Below are positions 27,321-40,192 of a stretch of DNA of 64,000 bases, one piece after another; positions within the stretch are counted from its first letter, which is position 1, and each line of letters opens with the position of its first letter. Origin of the DNA: Lama glama (taxonomy: Eukaryota); assembly GCA_028534125.1 (NCBI GenBank), contig CM052816.1, positions 59,956,001-60,020,000 on the forward strand. The letters run 5' to 3'. Below the pieces are notes generated by a model. That model searched no databases, was not told the DNA's origin, and worked only from the letters and a program-made list of their open reading frames with translations. The position numbers and the translations under genes were made by a program.

Positions 27321-28789
27321 TCCAATTTCAAAAAAATCATCTTAGGTTTCTCTAGAATACTTGAAGGTAATTATTTTATTAAAAAGAAAGAAAAGATGCT
27401 CCACATGTAAAAGAACTTTTATTATCTCTCACCAAGTCTGGCAAACTAGCTTATTCAGCAATTTTTTGCTTAAGTTTGAGATTTTTGTCAAAGGTCAAGC
27501 ATTCTTTCAGAAGAAGGAAATGAGATGATATTTTCTCAGCAGAAAATTTACAGAATTACTGTCCTTGTTCTTTACAGTGAAAATACATTTGGATAAATTA
27601 ATAATTTCTGTGATGTTTGAATCCCTATTCAGTGACAGTCTCTGTTCAGTGAGCACTCTTCATGAATTCTCTTCATTAAGTCCTCATAACAAACAGAGAG
27701 GTTTATTCTGATTTTACAGATTACACAGCTAAGGACTAGAAATTACTCACGGATTTTCCAAAATCCCAAAATAGAATATGTTCAAACTAGGATTTCTATG
27801 ATTTATAGGGAAGTGTCTCCATAATAATAATTCAGAGTCTAATTTTTTTTTCAATTTGGACTTCAAGCTTTCAAAAAATTATCTTTGAGACTAAAATCTT
27901 CCATATGTTTTGCTAAATCAAATGGGAAACACTTTTTTCTTTAGATAAAACAGAAGAATAACCAAAATGACAAAGTTACGACAATCAACTCAGCATAGTG
28001 TAACTTCGTATATCCAAGCCCTAGAAAACCATATCTTTGGTTTCTTGAAACCAATTAGAGTAAAGGAAAAGAAACAGAAATCAAAAGAGAACATGGTTAA
28101 AACCAGTTCTAATGCAAAGTCAGAAGGCAAAGTGCTAGACTGAGATGGGGGTGGGAACTAAGCAGACAGATGCAGCTGAATCATATTTGGAAATGAAAAG
28201 AAAAAAAAAACTCTCATTTATCCAGGACAAGATGACAAGTTTTATCTCATGTGTGAACTCCATCTGATCAATAGTAGCTGCTCGACACGGGCACTGAAAG
28301 GAATTCTAAGGCTCCCCTTGGGCTCAACCAGAAAGGACTAGGAAGATTTTGACATGTCTAATTTGGGCATAAAATAGGGAATGGCAACATATACTCTACG
28401 TATCTGTTGTCTCTTGGCTAGAGGACAAAGAAGATATGGAAACTAATAGTAACTAAGTGCATGCTTTGAATCAGGTCCTTCATACACATTCTCTAATTAA
28501 AATCTCCTGGATCCAATGAGGTTAACATTACAATCTCCATTTTACAGAAGAGGAAAATCACTCTCTAAGTGAAACTTGAAGAAAGCAGGAAACAAATAAG
28601 GACTTTGTAATAGAAGCAAGGAAAGGCAGTACACAAATGAGTAGTCCTACATAGGCAAAGTCTGTGAGTCAGCTATTGACATCAGGAAGAACCTATGTAC
28701 ATTAATGTCTTCCTATCTCATTGCTTCCAGTGCTTCTCATAGTTAAGTACCACAAATATTCAGCAGTCTGAATCGTCTCATTCTTCAAG

Positions 28790-30238
28790 TTTAAAATTGA
28801 GTCAGTTTCTGGTATAAAGCATAATGTTTTAGTCATACATATACATACATATATTCCATTTTATATTCATTTTCATTACAGGTAACTACAAGATATTGAA
28901 TATAGCTTCCTGTGCTTTACAGTATGAACTTGCTGTTTATCTATTTTATATAGAGTAGTTAGTATCTGTAAATCTCAATCTCCCAATTTATTCCTTCCCA
29001 ACTCCCTTCCCCCATTGGTAACTATAAGTTTGTTTTCTATGTCTGTGCGTCTGTTTCTGTTTCGTAAATAAGTTCATTTGTGTCTTTTTTTAAGACTCCA
29101 CATATAAATGATATCATACAGTATTTTTCTTTCTCTTTCTAGCTTACTTCACTTAGATTGACAATCTCCAGGTCCATTCATGTTGCTGCAAATGGCATTA
29201 TTTCATTCTTTTTTTTTTTACAGCTGAGTAGTATTCCACTGTATAAATATACCATATCTTTTTTATCCAGTCATCTATCAATGGACATTTAGGTTTTTTT
29301 CATGTCATGGTTATTGTAACTAGTGCTGTTATGAACACTGGGGTGCATGTATCTTTTCCAATTAGAGTTCCCTCTGGATATATGCCCAGGAGTGGGATTG
29401 CTGGATCATATTTACATAAACCTATTTTTAGTTTTTTAAGGAATATCCATACTGTTTTCCATAACGGCTGCAGCAAACTACATTCTCACCAACAGTGTAG
29501 GAGGGCTCCCTTTTCTCCACACCTTTTCCAGCATTTATTGTTTGTGGACTTTTTAATGATGGCCATCTGACTGGTGTGAGGTGATACCTCACTGTAGTTT
29601 TGATTAGTATTTCTCTGATAATTATTGATATTGAGCTTTTTTTTTTCACATGCCTATTGGCCATTTGTATGTCTTCATTGGAGAACTGCATGTTTAGGTT
29701 TTCTGCCCATTTTTGGATTCGGTTGTTTCTTTTTTTAAGTTGTATGAGCTGTTTATGTATTCTGGAAATTAAGCCCTTGTCAGTCTCATCTTTTGCAAAT
29801 ATTTTCTCCCTTTCCATAGGTTGTCTTTTTGTTCACGGTTTCCTTTGCTGTGCAAAAGCCTATAACTTTAATTAGGTCCCATTTGTTTACTTTTGCTTTT
29901 ATTTCTATTGCCTGGGTAGACTGAGCTAGAAGAACATTGCTAAGATTTATGTCAGAGAATGTTTTGCCTATGTTTTCTTCTAGAGGTTTATTGGGTCTTG
30001 TCTTATATTTGAGTCTTTAATCCATTTTGAGTTTATTTTTTAGTATGGTGTGAGAGATTGGTCTAACTTTATTGATTTACATGCAGCTGTCCAGATTTCC
30101 CCAACATCATTTGCTGAAGAGACTGTCTTTTCTCCATTGTGTATTTTTGCCTCCTTTGTCGAAGATTAATTGAACTTTAAGTCTATGAGTGATTTCTGGG
30201 CTCTCTATTCTGGACATCAATTCATTGATCCATATGTG
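28790..30238 (-). mobile_element. 5'-truncated L1 (ORF2 C-terminal region and 3'UTR), frameshifted
   Basis: ORF 29428-29817 translates to ORF2p-like [21 protein letters not shown]...RYHLTPVR; reverse 3'UTR to ~28790; no convincing TSD and an eroded tail. Confidence 0.95.
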
Positions 30239-30649
30239 TTATAGTCTCTTTGTAAATGATGAATAATTTTTCCCTTTGGAAATTATTTGAGTTTGAAAGA
30301 AACTTTATTTGAGCTCTCTCATTACTACTCCTAGGCCACAAACAGATTATTTTAGAACAATCAAAAAGAAAACATGCTAGCCCAAGAGCACAGAACTCTC
30401 CAGCAGCCTCAGCAACAGAGACTATCAGCTGCTCACAACTTGACCTGCATCTTAGATTAGCCACGCTCTGCCTCTAGGCCTTAGTTTTCCTAAAGTGCAT
30501 TGGACCACTTCCTCCAAGATTAATGTTGACTCCCATATGCTGTGGTTTCTACAAGTTCAAATGCAACTCTTAAGAGAAAGAATAAGGGAACCTTTACCAT
30601 GAATAATAAATAATGCTGGCTGAGAATAAAGAATAAATCTTTTGTTTCT

Positions 30650-31200
30650 TTTTTCAAGTAATGTAAGAAAGTTTTAAGATATACTGGGCATCTACTAACC
30701 ACTGGCTATAAATAAGGAACTGTGCAGGTGTGAGAGGAATTTAAAGTTGTATCAAGTATAAATTTGCTCTAAATATATGAATACGTTTGGAAGGTTTGTT
30801 AGAAAGATAGTGAGTTTAGGGCTTGTTACTTTGAAACGGAAGCCATGAATGAAGTTACAATTGCAATAGGAAACAAATAGAGATCAGGAATTTGAGAGAG
30901 ATTTGGGGTCAGTGATACAGACCCACGAAGGTGAAAGTTGATGCCATGATATTGCCCAGAGTGTGACAGATCAGGGACTTGTGGAACATTTCAATGGAAA
31001 AGAAGAGGAAATGGATAAGAGAATGGCTTTAAAACCAACATTACCCACACAGAAAAAGAAAAGGCATGGAGACTACATGCTATGAAAACTAAAGAAAAAG
31101 TGGCCCCAAGAGAGAACAAAGGAAGATATCAATGGAATTATGGAGGAGAGAGCAATGTACAAAACCATCTAGGAAAGCCCTTTCCATTGAGCTTGATATT
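30650..31200 (-). mobile_element. Decayed L2 fragment
   Basis: gtgagtttagggcttgttactttgaa...atttggggtcagtgatacag...gttgatgccatg. Confidence 0.5.
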
Positions 31201-33524
31201 TCATAATGATCCAAAAAATGCAATGTCATTTTCACAGAGACTTAACCTATGATCAGGTACATGATACAGAGGAAGCCTAATTTGTCACTGAATGTAAATT
31301 ATTCTTAAAGAAAAAAAAAGGCAGAAATGAGTAAATCATTAGCTGGATTCTAATTCTTTCAGAGAGCCATTACTTATATATGTAGGAAAGAAAAATAAAC
31401 AAATGAAAAATATAATTAAGTTAAAAATATTCCCAACTTACCTATAGCATTTGCTCAACTCTTTAGAAATATGTACATTACTAAATCAACTACACCATCA
31501 AATGGTAATCCCATGACCTCTCACCCCACCTGTCACTCCATGTGCTTCTGCTCTCCAAATAAAATATGTGAGAAATTCCTTGTTGAATTTAGTAAAAGAA
31601 GAGTTCCCACCCCTACACCTGTTGTGTGATGGCTAGTTTTGCCATGGGAAAGTGTGTGGCTTTATGCCAGGTGAGCCAAGGCTGTGGACTCAGTAACTGT
31701 CTCCTCCCAAATTTCCCCTGACCAGTCAAGTGGACTTAGCCCCCGTCCTCTCAGCATTCGGCCACAAGACCTGACTTAAGCTGAACCAGTGATTAGGAAT
31801 GATGTGTCCTCCAAGAAGGACACAATACTGGAGTCTATTTTAAAAGAACGTAGAATGATATTTACAATTCCAGTTTCCCCTAATTCTCAGAGGTAACTGT
31901 GATATTTGCAAGAGGAGGCAGGGATCACCCCATAGCAACCCACCCACACACAGTCCATATTTATGCTGCTACCACATCATTTTCATTTTTTGCTTATCCT
32001 ACCACTTTCTGTTTGTTTTGGTGTCAATAACAATGCTAGGAAGACAATGACATAAGCAACATACAATGCTGGAAGGAAGAAGAAATGTCAGTGATGAAAA
32101 GTCAAAGTGATTCATATTTAGAAACTGAAATAAATGCCAGTTGCACAATTCCAAAAAATGGGCTCTTGCTTTGGCCACAGCCCAATTCAGGTTCAGGACC
32201 ACCACTCCCCTGCAGCTCTCTCGTGTTTGTTCCCCAGCTGGCAGAATTCAGTGCAGGGACAGGTACGGCTGACATTTGCTAAAACATATTTATTTTCCAT
32301 TGGGGAAAATTAACATTCTTCACAATACTGCTCTTGATGTAAATATGTTGTATATTTAAATCCAAACTACCTACTCATTTTCTTTAAACTGGCCTAATAA
32401 TAATTATTGCTTAAAGTTACAGCAGTCAAACAGCATCTGCTTTGTGAAAAGCTAATTTTGACAGAGGTGCTTTTTATGCCACTGTAATTTTTCATATAAA
32501 GATCATGACCACTTAATGGTAAATGGCAGGTGCTTTGAGGGTGTTATTTTGTTTCATGATGATGGTTTGATTGATTATTGGAGTTCCAGTTTCACCCTGT
32601 TAATGACTCTAGTCTGTTGGATTTCCAAAAGGCATTACCAAAATTCTTAGTATCACCTCACATTTGTTCACTCTGTCACAAACTGTCAGCCATGAGGTAA
32701 TGTGTTTTCTTTGTAAAACACAGAGACAATTACCTTTTCCATTTGGTCAAGAAATCTAAAAAATAAACCAAACATTTGTGTATGGCTTAAAATAATATGT
32801 TTCTTTAGCTTCGAACTCAACTAGATATGCTTTGAAGAAAACTGGTATAGACAAAGTGTTCTGTTTGAAGGATATTATTGTATCTGAAAAGGAATAAGAG
32901 TTCTCTAGATTTTAAGGAAACAAATATGATGATGGCAAAACATTCAAGGCTTTTCATGTTTTAAAAAGTAATGCCTATCTTCTTGGAAACCCAATTTTGT
33001 TATTTTCTCCAAACTTTATGATAAGTATAAAAATGAGTATATGTGGTTACTTATTTCTGAAACTCATGAAATCTTTTAGGTCAAAGATTCTGTAGATACA
33101 TGTCAACATATGTTTGTTTTCCATGAAAGAGAGGGATGTTGAATACATCAATTGCAAGGATGCTCTGTCCTCTTTGGGAGCCTAACCCAGCACAGCCAAC
33201 TGCCGCTGCCCTAGTCCTACTTCTTCTCTAATGAATTCAAGGCATGGAGCTGCATGATCTCTGCTAAGTCCCTCAGCTTCTCCATGCCACGACTGCCTCA
33301 CCAATAAATAGGTGCTGACAATATGACCTGATTTTGCACAAACCAAATTATAGAACCCATGTTAAATTCTTAGGTGAGTTACTGTCACATAGGAAACATT
33401 CAAATATTATAGGATATTTTATGTCCATTATTAAAGAACTGCACATTTTTACTGAGCATCTTCTCAGGGTCAGGTAGTCTACCAGGAGAGAGAATGAAAT
33501 TCAGTCTCCCTCCTCTAAGGCTGA

Positions 33525-33712
33525 TGTCAGCAGACTGCAGCCTGCAGCACCATGTTTTTGCTTACTCCCCAATCTGAGGATCGATTTCATATTTTCAAAG
33601 GACTGTAAAGAAAAACAAGTAATAATATACAGTAAAGACTTGTAAGGCCCTCAAACTCTAAAACATTAACTCTTTGGCCTTTCAGAGAATAAATTTGCCA
33701 AATGCTGCTCTA
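33525..33712. mobile_element. MER58-like hAT-Charlie MITE
   Basis: gtcagcagactgcagcc...tggcctttcagagaataaatttgccaaatgctgctcta. Confidence 0.65.
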
Positions 33713-34224
33713 GAAGGCCTCTCATTCTAGTGAAGGTCCTATGGTAAGAGTTCCATAAAGAACAGAAATATCCTGCTGAGGAAACACCAGGCTTATTAAT
33801 CTTGCCAGGGATACTGGAGAGAACATCGCAGAAGGCTTTACAGAAGAGGTTATATCTGAACTGGGACATACGGACGTGCAGAGTAGTTATGATCGCATAG
33901 CCTGAGAAGGAAAAGGGGTATGCACTGAAACATGATCAAAACAACAGGAAGGTGTATGCCAGTAACTATGGTTAATTGACTGTGATTAACTACAAGGTAC
34001 CTATGTGTATAGAAGGTGGAGTGGGGAAAGGAAGAAATCAATGGCCTAAAGTGAGTGTGGAAAGAGTCATAATGTGAAGGGCCTTATATGCTATACTAAA
34101 GGTTAGGAATTTGAAGGTAAAAAGTCTTCACCAAACATTTTTAAGTAAGACAATGACAAAATTAGACCAGATAATCAGAACAATAATTCAAGCAATAGTT
34201 TAAAAAATTAATTATAAAGAAACT

Positions 34225-36020
34225 CTGGGTTTGGGTCCAGATGGAACAACAGGAACCAGATTTAACCTTCTGCCTGAAACAACCAAAAAAACTAGACAAG
34301 AGAGGTGAAACAAGGTTTTTGGATATTGGCAACAAGGAGTGCCAACACTGACTCCTGAGAAGGGGGAAATTAACTGAGCCCTATGGTTGACTGCCCAGAT
34401 TTCTGGGTGGAGAGAGGTTTCTGGCTTCAGACAGGAGGTGTAAAATATAGCCCACAATGAGGAGAAAAACCAATCAACAGAAACAGACTGAGAAAAGGTA
34501 AAGGTTAAAGAATTAGGACACAAGCACATTAAAAGTTATAACTATATTCCAAATGTCAAAGTAAGGAAATGTTTGAACATGGTTAAGTAGAGATTTAAAA
34601 GACATTTTTTAAAACACCTAAACTGAACCCTAGATACAAAAAAAAAAAAGTCTGAGATGAAAAATAAACTGGATAGGAATTAACAGAAGATCAGACACTA
34701 GTGAAAAAAGTGTCAATGAACCTGAAAACATAGTAACAGAAACTATCCAAAATGAGATAAACTACCCAAGAGAAAAAAAAGTCCACCCTGCCCCAAACTG
34801 AAATGAGTATCAATGAGCTGTAGGAGAACTTCAAGGTTCCTAATATGCTTGCATTGAATCTCTGAAGGAAAGATAAAAAGAAGTTGGACAGAAAAAACTT
34901 CTGAAGACATACTGGACAAAATTTCCCAAAATGAATACAAACTATAAACCCACAGATTCAAGGAGATAAATAAACCCCAAGCACAGAAACATGCATGAAG
35001 TAACACCAAGGTTCATCATAATCCAAATGGTTAAAAACCAATGATAAACAGAAAGTCATAATAGAAGTGGCGGGGGGGGAGGGGGGGAGGAGACATTACA
35101 CACAGAGAAACAAAGGCAGGAACAACAGCAGGGTTTTTCCTAGAAACAATGTAAGACAGAAGGCATCAAGCAATATCTTTAAAACACTGAAACAAAAGAC
35201 AACTGTCAACTGAGAATTTTATACCCAGATCAAATATTTTTCCAAAACCAGATTAAATAGAGACTTATTCATAACATGCAAAATCTGAAGAATTCATAGA
35301 TAGCAGACATATATTACAAAAAATACTAAAAGGTGGTCCTCCAGGTAGAAGAAAAGTAATACCATATGGAAATCTGGATCTATCAAAAGAATGAAGAGTA
35401 CTGGAAATAATTATTTTTCAATTTTTAAAACTTTACTTAAAAGATAATTGAGTAATTAAGAAAAAAATATATTGTAGTATTTATAACATATATAGAAATA
35501 AAATGTATAAAAACCATAGCAAATTAGAGAATTCTTCAACTTGATAAAAGACGTCTGTGCTAAACCTACAACTAACATTGTATTTAACAAAGACTGGTAT
35601 CAAGAACAAGGCAAAGATTCCTTTCTTGTTCCTTGTGTTCGATATTCTACTGGGATTTCTAGCAAAGACAATAAAGCAAGATAAAGAAACAAAAAGCAAT
35701 CCTAATTGGAAAGGAATAAATATTTATGTTGAGTGAAAAAAGTCAGAAAAAGAACATTCCACTTACACCAAATTCTAGGAAATGCAAACATCTATAGTAA
35801 CAGAAAGAAGATCAGTGACTGCCTTGGAACAGAGCTATGTGGGGAGGAGAGTGAGCACGGGATTATAAGGGAACACATGGAATCTTCTGAGGATGAATGG
35901 TATAGTCATTAATTTAGGCAGTGATGATTTCAAAAGCCCTCATATTGTATGCTTTAAATACATGCATTTTCTTGTCTGCAGATATTTAAAATAATAATAC
36001 CTCAGTAAATCTGAAAAAAA
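34225..36020 (+). mobile_element. Old L1M: 5'/ORF1 region joined to ORF2 bits and a 3' end
   Basis: ORF1-like aaactataaacccacagattcaagga and actgagaattttatacccag; ORF2-like aattcttcaacttgataaaag; 3' end aaatgcaaacatctatagtaacagaaagaagatcagtg. Confidence 0.8.
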
Positions 36021-36029
36021 AATGATGTT

Positions 36030-36460
36030 CAAGATTGAGGTGCAGAGACAAGGATTTATCTAGGAGATAATGACAATAGACAAGAGGAGAAGACCAGAGC
36101 TAGAGCAGTGACTTTGGGAATGAAGAGAATAAATAAATATGAAGTATCCTTCTGAGGTTGAATGGACAATTGAGCAAATGTGTGTATCAGAAGCATTAAG
36201 GAACACAGAAGGAACATCTGGTTGAAGGGAAGAGGCAATGACTTGAGTCCTAAACATGTCCTAAGTGGCATCTAATGGCACATTGGAGAAACAGTTGCAT
36301 ATTTAGTGCTTGGTTTGGGGAGAGAGAGGTCTTAATTTGAGATAGAGATGGTAGACAGTAGAAAATTGAGTCTATGGGAGTGAGTGAGAATGCCCAAGGG
36401 GAGTCCTTAGGTTAAGAAAAGAATGATAAGTGAAGCCTTGGGGACTACCCATATTAAGAA
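36030..36460 (-). mobile_element. L2 fragment
   Basis: ttgagtcctaaacatgtcctaagtgg...gagagagaggtcttaatttgagatagagat. Confidence 0.55.
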
Positions 36461-38317
36461 AGGAGCAATAAGCTTTGGTGTCTGAGAGTCTCAGTCCTCT
36501 TTGTATACTCTAATATGAATTTTCTAATCAGGTCAGATGAAAATAAACCAGTATCTTCAGCAACCAGACATGCATTTCTCTCTAAGAACTGATATGCTTA
36601 CAATCTGAATTCCACCTTGGATCAAATCAAGAACTATTTCTCCAAGTTCTCAAGTGCCACACAAAAAATACATACTTAAGTCTTCTCAGGGTACACATTG
36701 TCCCCACATTTTGCTATGCTTGGTGAGAGACAGTGAAGAACTGGGATATGTGGGAATGGAAGGAAGACTGGAGTGAGTCCTGGAAGATAAGCTTCCTTAT
36801 CCTGGAAGTATGTCTCTAGCTCCCACCACATGGTACTGAAATGAGATTTCAATAAATATGAAAAAAAAATATGCTTAATTCTCCTTAGGATAATAAAAAA
36901 GAAAGTTCTACTCTAAATCCTGCTGTGCTTATCAGGAAAAAACAAAAAGGGTTGACGTGAAAGCTGTTCTTTATTGACTGAGCAAGTAAATATTAGTCCT
37001 TTGACATAAAATACAACCCCTGGGCTACCACAACTTCCTTCCTTCCCACTCCAGCCTCAGTTGCTGTATGTGCTTAGGAAAACAACACTATTCACAAAAC
37101 CATCATCTCTAATGGTAAAATTTTATATTTTAATTTCAAAGAGTCAAAACTTCCTGATTCTTTTCATAGTTCAATTTATCCAAACCTCTCAGCCCTGGAA
37201 ACATCAAAAATAACTGGAACACAAAATAAGCATAAGCATCCTTTCCTGAATATCTTTACAAGCTAGGGAGAAACTAGGCAGTATTTTGACTTTGGGAGAG
37301 AAAAACGACTGCAGTCAGAGAAGGCTGCCTCTTGCTCACTGATATTTAACTTGGCTCCCCCCTTCTTTTTCACTTTCTATATGCAGATCAAATTCAAACT
37401 CATTCAACTCTCAATTCATCAGACTCCTCTGTAGATTTAAATATGGAGTCAGGTATTAGATAATACTTGAAGTTTTATTTCTGTTTGTGTACTCCTGATT
37501 CATACCCTGGACTCCAAACTATCCCTTCTACCTGGTCAACTCAGAAATCTAAGTGTTTCTAGGGTGGATATAAGCAGAGATAACAATAATAAAGCTTTGG
37601 ACAGATAAAATAGAAAAATATTTTCCAAATTTCACTCCATAGGTAGGTAGATAGGACTACCACAAGGACTTCCTTCCACAGAAGACAAACTAGTGATTCT
37701 TAAAGAATTCCTCCTGTGGTTGTTGTGACTGGTCTTACAGTAACTGTTGACTGTAATTTTGTAGGTCATAGACAGAAGACATGGCATGGTAAAATCATCA
37801 TCCTCACAAAAGGATCTGTTACTTGCTAACACTAGCAGATACTAACATCATTTACTTTGTTTTTAATCATCTGAGATAAACTGTATCCAAGGAAAACAAT
37901 TTAACTGACTCTCTTGGTAACAAAGGTTGATGGAAAGAGCAGAAGAAAGGCAATTAGAGTGCAGGGTCCAACCCCATCTGCAGAAAGAATAAGTGAATTA
38001 ACCACAAGTCTCTTAAAGATTTGTTGGTCAAGGTCTTAATATATTCATCAGACTTTTTATTCAAGCAGGCTTTGAGTTTTGAAAGTTTTAATAGCTTTCT
38101 TTCATTGCCTGTAGCATTAAGTTTCCTTTCTTACGTGTCTTCTTTCCTTACTTCTAGCTTTCATCTGTTTCAAAAGAATTATCAGTACTTGGACCTCCTA
38201 TACAATAATCCTCAAAGAGATTCTACACGCAGTTCAGTTAAAAATACAACATGAAGGGAGAAAAATATAAGTCTAATATAACTACTATTTTATATGCATA
38301 TATAAAATATTACTTAC

Positions 38318-38322
<5 letters not shown>

Positions 38323-38372
<50 letters not shown>
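38323..38372. repeat. (TA)n microsatellite, about 25 units
   Basis: Perfect TA run. Confidence 0.97.
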
Positions 38373-38377
<5 letters not shown>

Positions 38378-39184
38378 CTGTGTCTATCTCAACATGTAAT
38401 CCAAAAGAATGGAAGTACTCTAAAGACGCAACCCCTTGACGAAATAAATGACAGTAACCCATAAAGAGTAAATAGAACATTCCTGGTGTACTCCAAAGTG
38501 GCCAGGAGAACTGAATTACAAACTTCATAGTTACATTACAAAGATTTACACCAAGGCTAGAAGGAGCATCTTAATCATGTCTCTCTTAGGTTACCAGTGG
38601 TCTCCTCTCTCACAGAAACAATTTTTATCATTTCTGAATAGCATTTACATAAACTTTTTCAAATGCTCCATAAAGCTCAAAAGTGGCACAACGGGGAATA
38701 GTAAAGATATCATATTCACGTATTTTGTGAGAAGAGATAATAGGAGCATCCACATCTAGAAAGGCCAGCAGTCATCACAACACCAATCAGAGTGTACATT
38801 CAGCAAAATACACTCTGCCTGGTTCCATGGGCAATGCGGGCAACTTAGCACAACAGCATTTAGCATTCTCCTCCTACCAACTTAAAGTTCTGCTTTCCTC
38901 TCATCAAGCCTAAGACTTGAGTCATTAGAAACAATAGATTAAATAACAAAGAGTAATATTGTTTCCAGAAGGCTTCTTTTATAAAACAGACACCACTTAG
39001 GAGCAGAGAAGATTTTACCTATAATCTTACCTTATTGTCTTACCCTATTATCCAAGACCAAGATTCTGAGGCTGCTTTTGGCTACAAGTAACAAAAAGCA
39101 TAAATACAATTGCTTTCATCAAATAGAAAACTTACGGTCTCATACAGAAGGAAGTATAAATATAGGGGAGCTCCAGACATATAT

Positions 39185-39979
39185 TGTGATAAAGTAAGAA
39201 ATATATTTGGTCTTTGTCCCTGGTTCCTGGCACAAAGCTCCTGAAATCCTTAGAATTTCCTGAGTGATAGGAGTATCTTTCGCTGTTCATAATAAGCCTC
39301 TTTTATTCACACCTGAGTTTATGCTGATGAGGTGATGTGGTTGTGGGACCCCTAAGTGAGCTTATGGTGGAACTGGTCACCAGAAATAGCAAGTGACTAG
39401 AGGGTTAAAACTTTCAGCCCTACCCACCAACCTCTAGAACAGGATGCAGGTCTGGAGATCAAGTTCTACAAAAAACTCATGAATAATGAGGTTTAAGGAA
39501 CTTCTGAGTTGGTGAATATAGCAAGGGGCTGGGAAGGTGACATGCCCAGAAGAGGAAGGAAGTTCTGTGAACCCCTCCTCCCATATCTTGTACCTCTTCC
39601 ATTTGTCTGTTCCTGAATTATACCCTTTATAATAAACCCATAAAAGTAAGGAAAACACTCTTCTGTATTCTGTTAGCCATTTTAGCAAATTATTGATCCT
39701 CAGGAGAGGGCTGTGGGAACCCCCTGATTTACAGCCAGTTGGTCTGAAGCCCTGGTGGTCTAGGACTTGCAATCAGCATCTAAAGTGGAGGCAGATTTGT
39801 GGGCCTGAACCTCTAACTTGTAGGGTCTGTGCTAACTCCCAGTAGTTTGTGTTAGAATTGAGTTGAATTGTAGGACACCCATTTGACATCTGGAGAGTTG
39901 GAGAATTTGTTGGTTTGAGGAAAAACCCACACACATTTGGTATCAGAAGTGTTGTGAGTAGAAACAGATCATAATACAC
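39185..39979. mobile_element. MER21-like LTR
   Basis: tgtgataaagtaagaaatatatttggtctttgtccctggttcctggcacaaagctcctgaaatcctt...cacacatttggtatcagaagtg. Confidence 0.88.
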
Positions 39980-39997
39980 ACGAGGTCGGGTTCTACT

Positions 39998-40192
39998 TCA
40001 GGGCCTGGCAACTACAATTCATTGGCCAAATCTGGTCTATTGACTTTCTTGTGCGTCTGTTTGTTAAATAAAGTTATATTGGAATATAACCTTGGACATT
40101 TATGTAAGTAGCTGTGACAAGATCATATGACCACAAATCCTAAAATATTTATTATCTGGCCCTTTACATGAAAACGGTTGTTGACTCTGCTC
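39998..40192. mobile_element. MER58A-like hAT-Charlie MITE
   Basis: cagggcctggcaactaca...ggccaaatctgg...cctaaaatatttattatctggccctttac. Confidence 0.8.

Noticed and set aside
31436..31535. Minus-strand donor TAG|gtaagt at 31441
   Set aside because: No convincing acceptor upstream, and the most plausible frame hits a stop.
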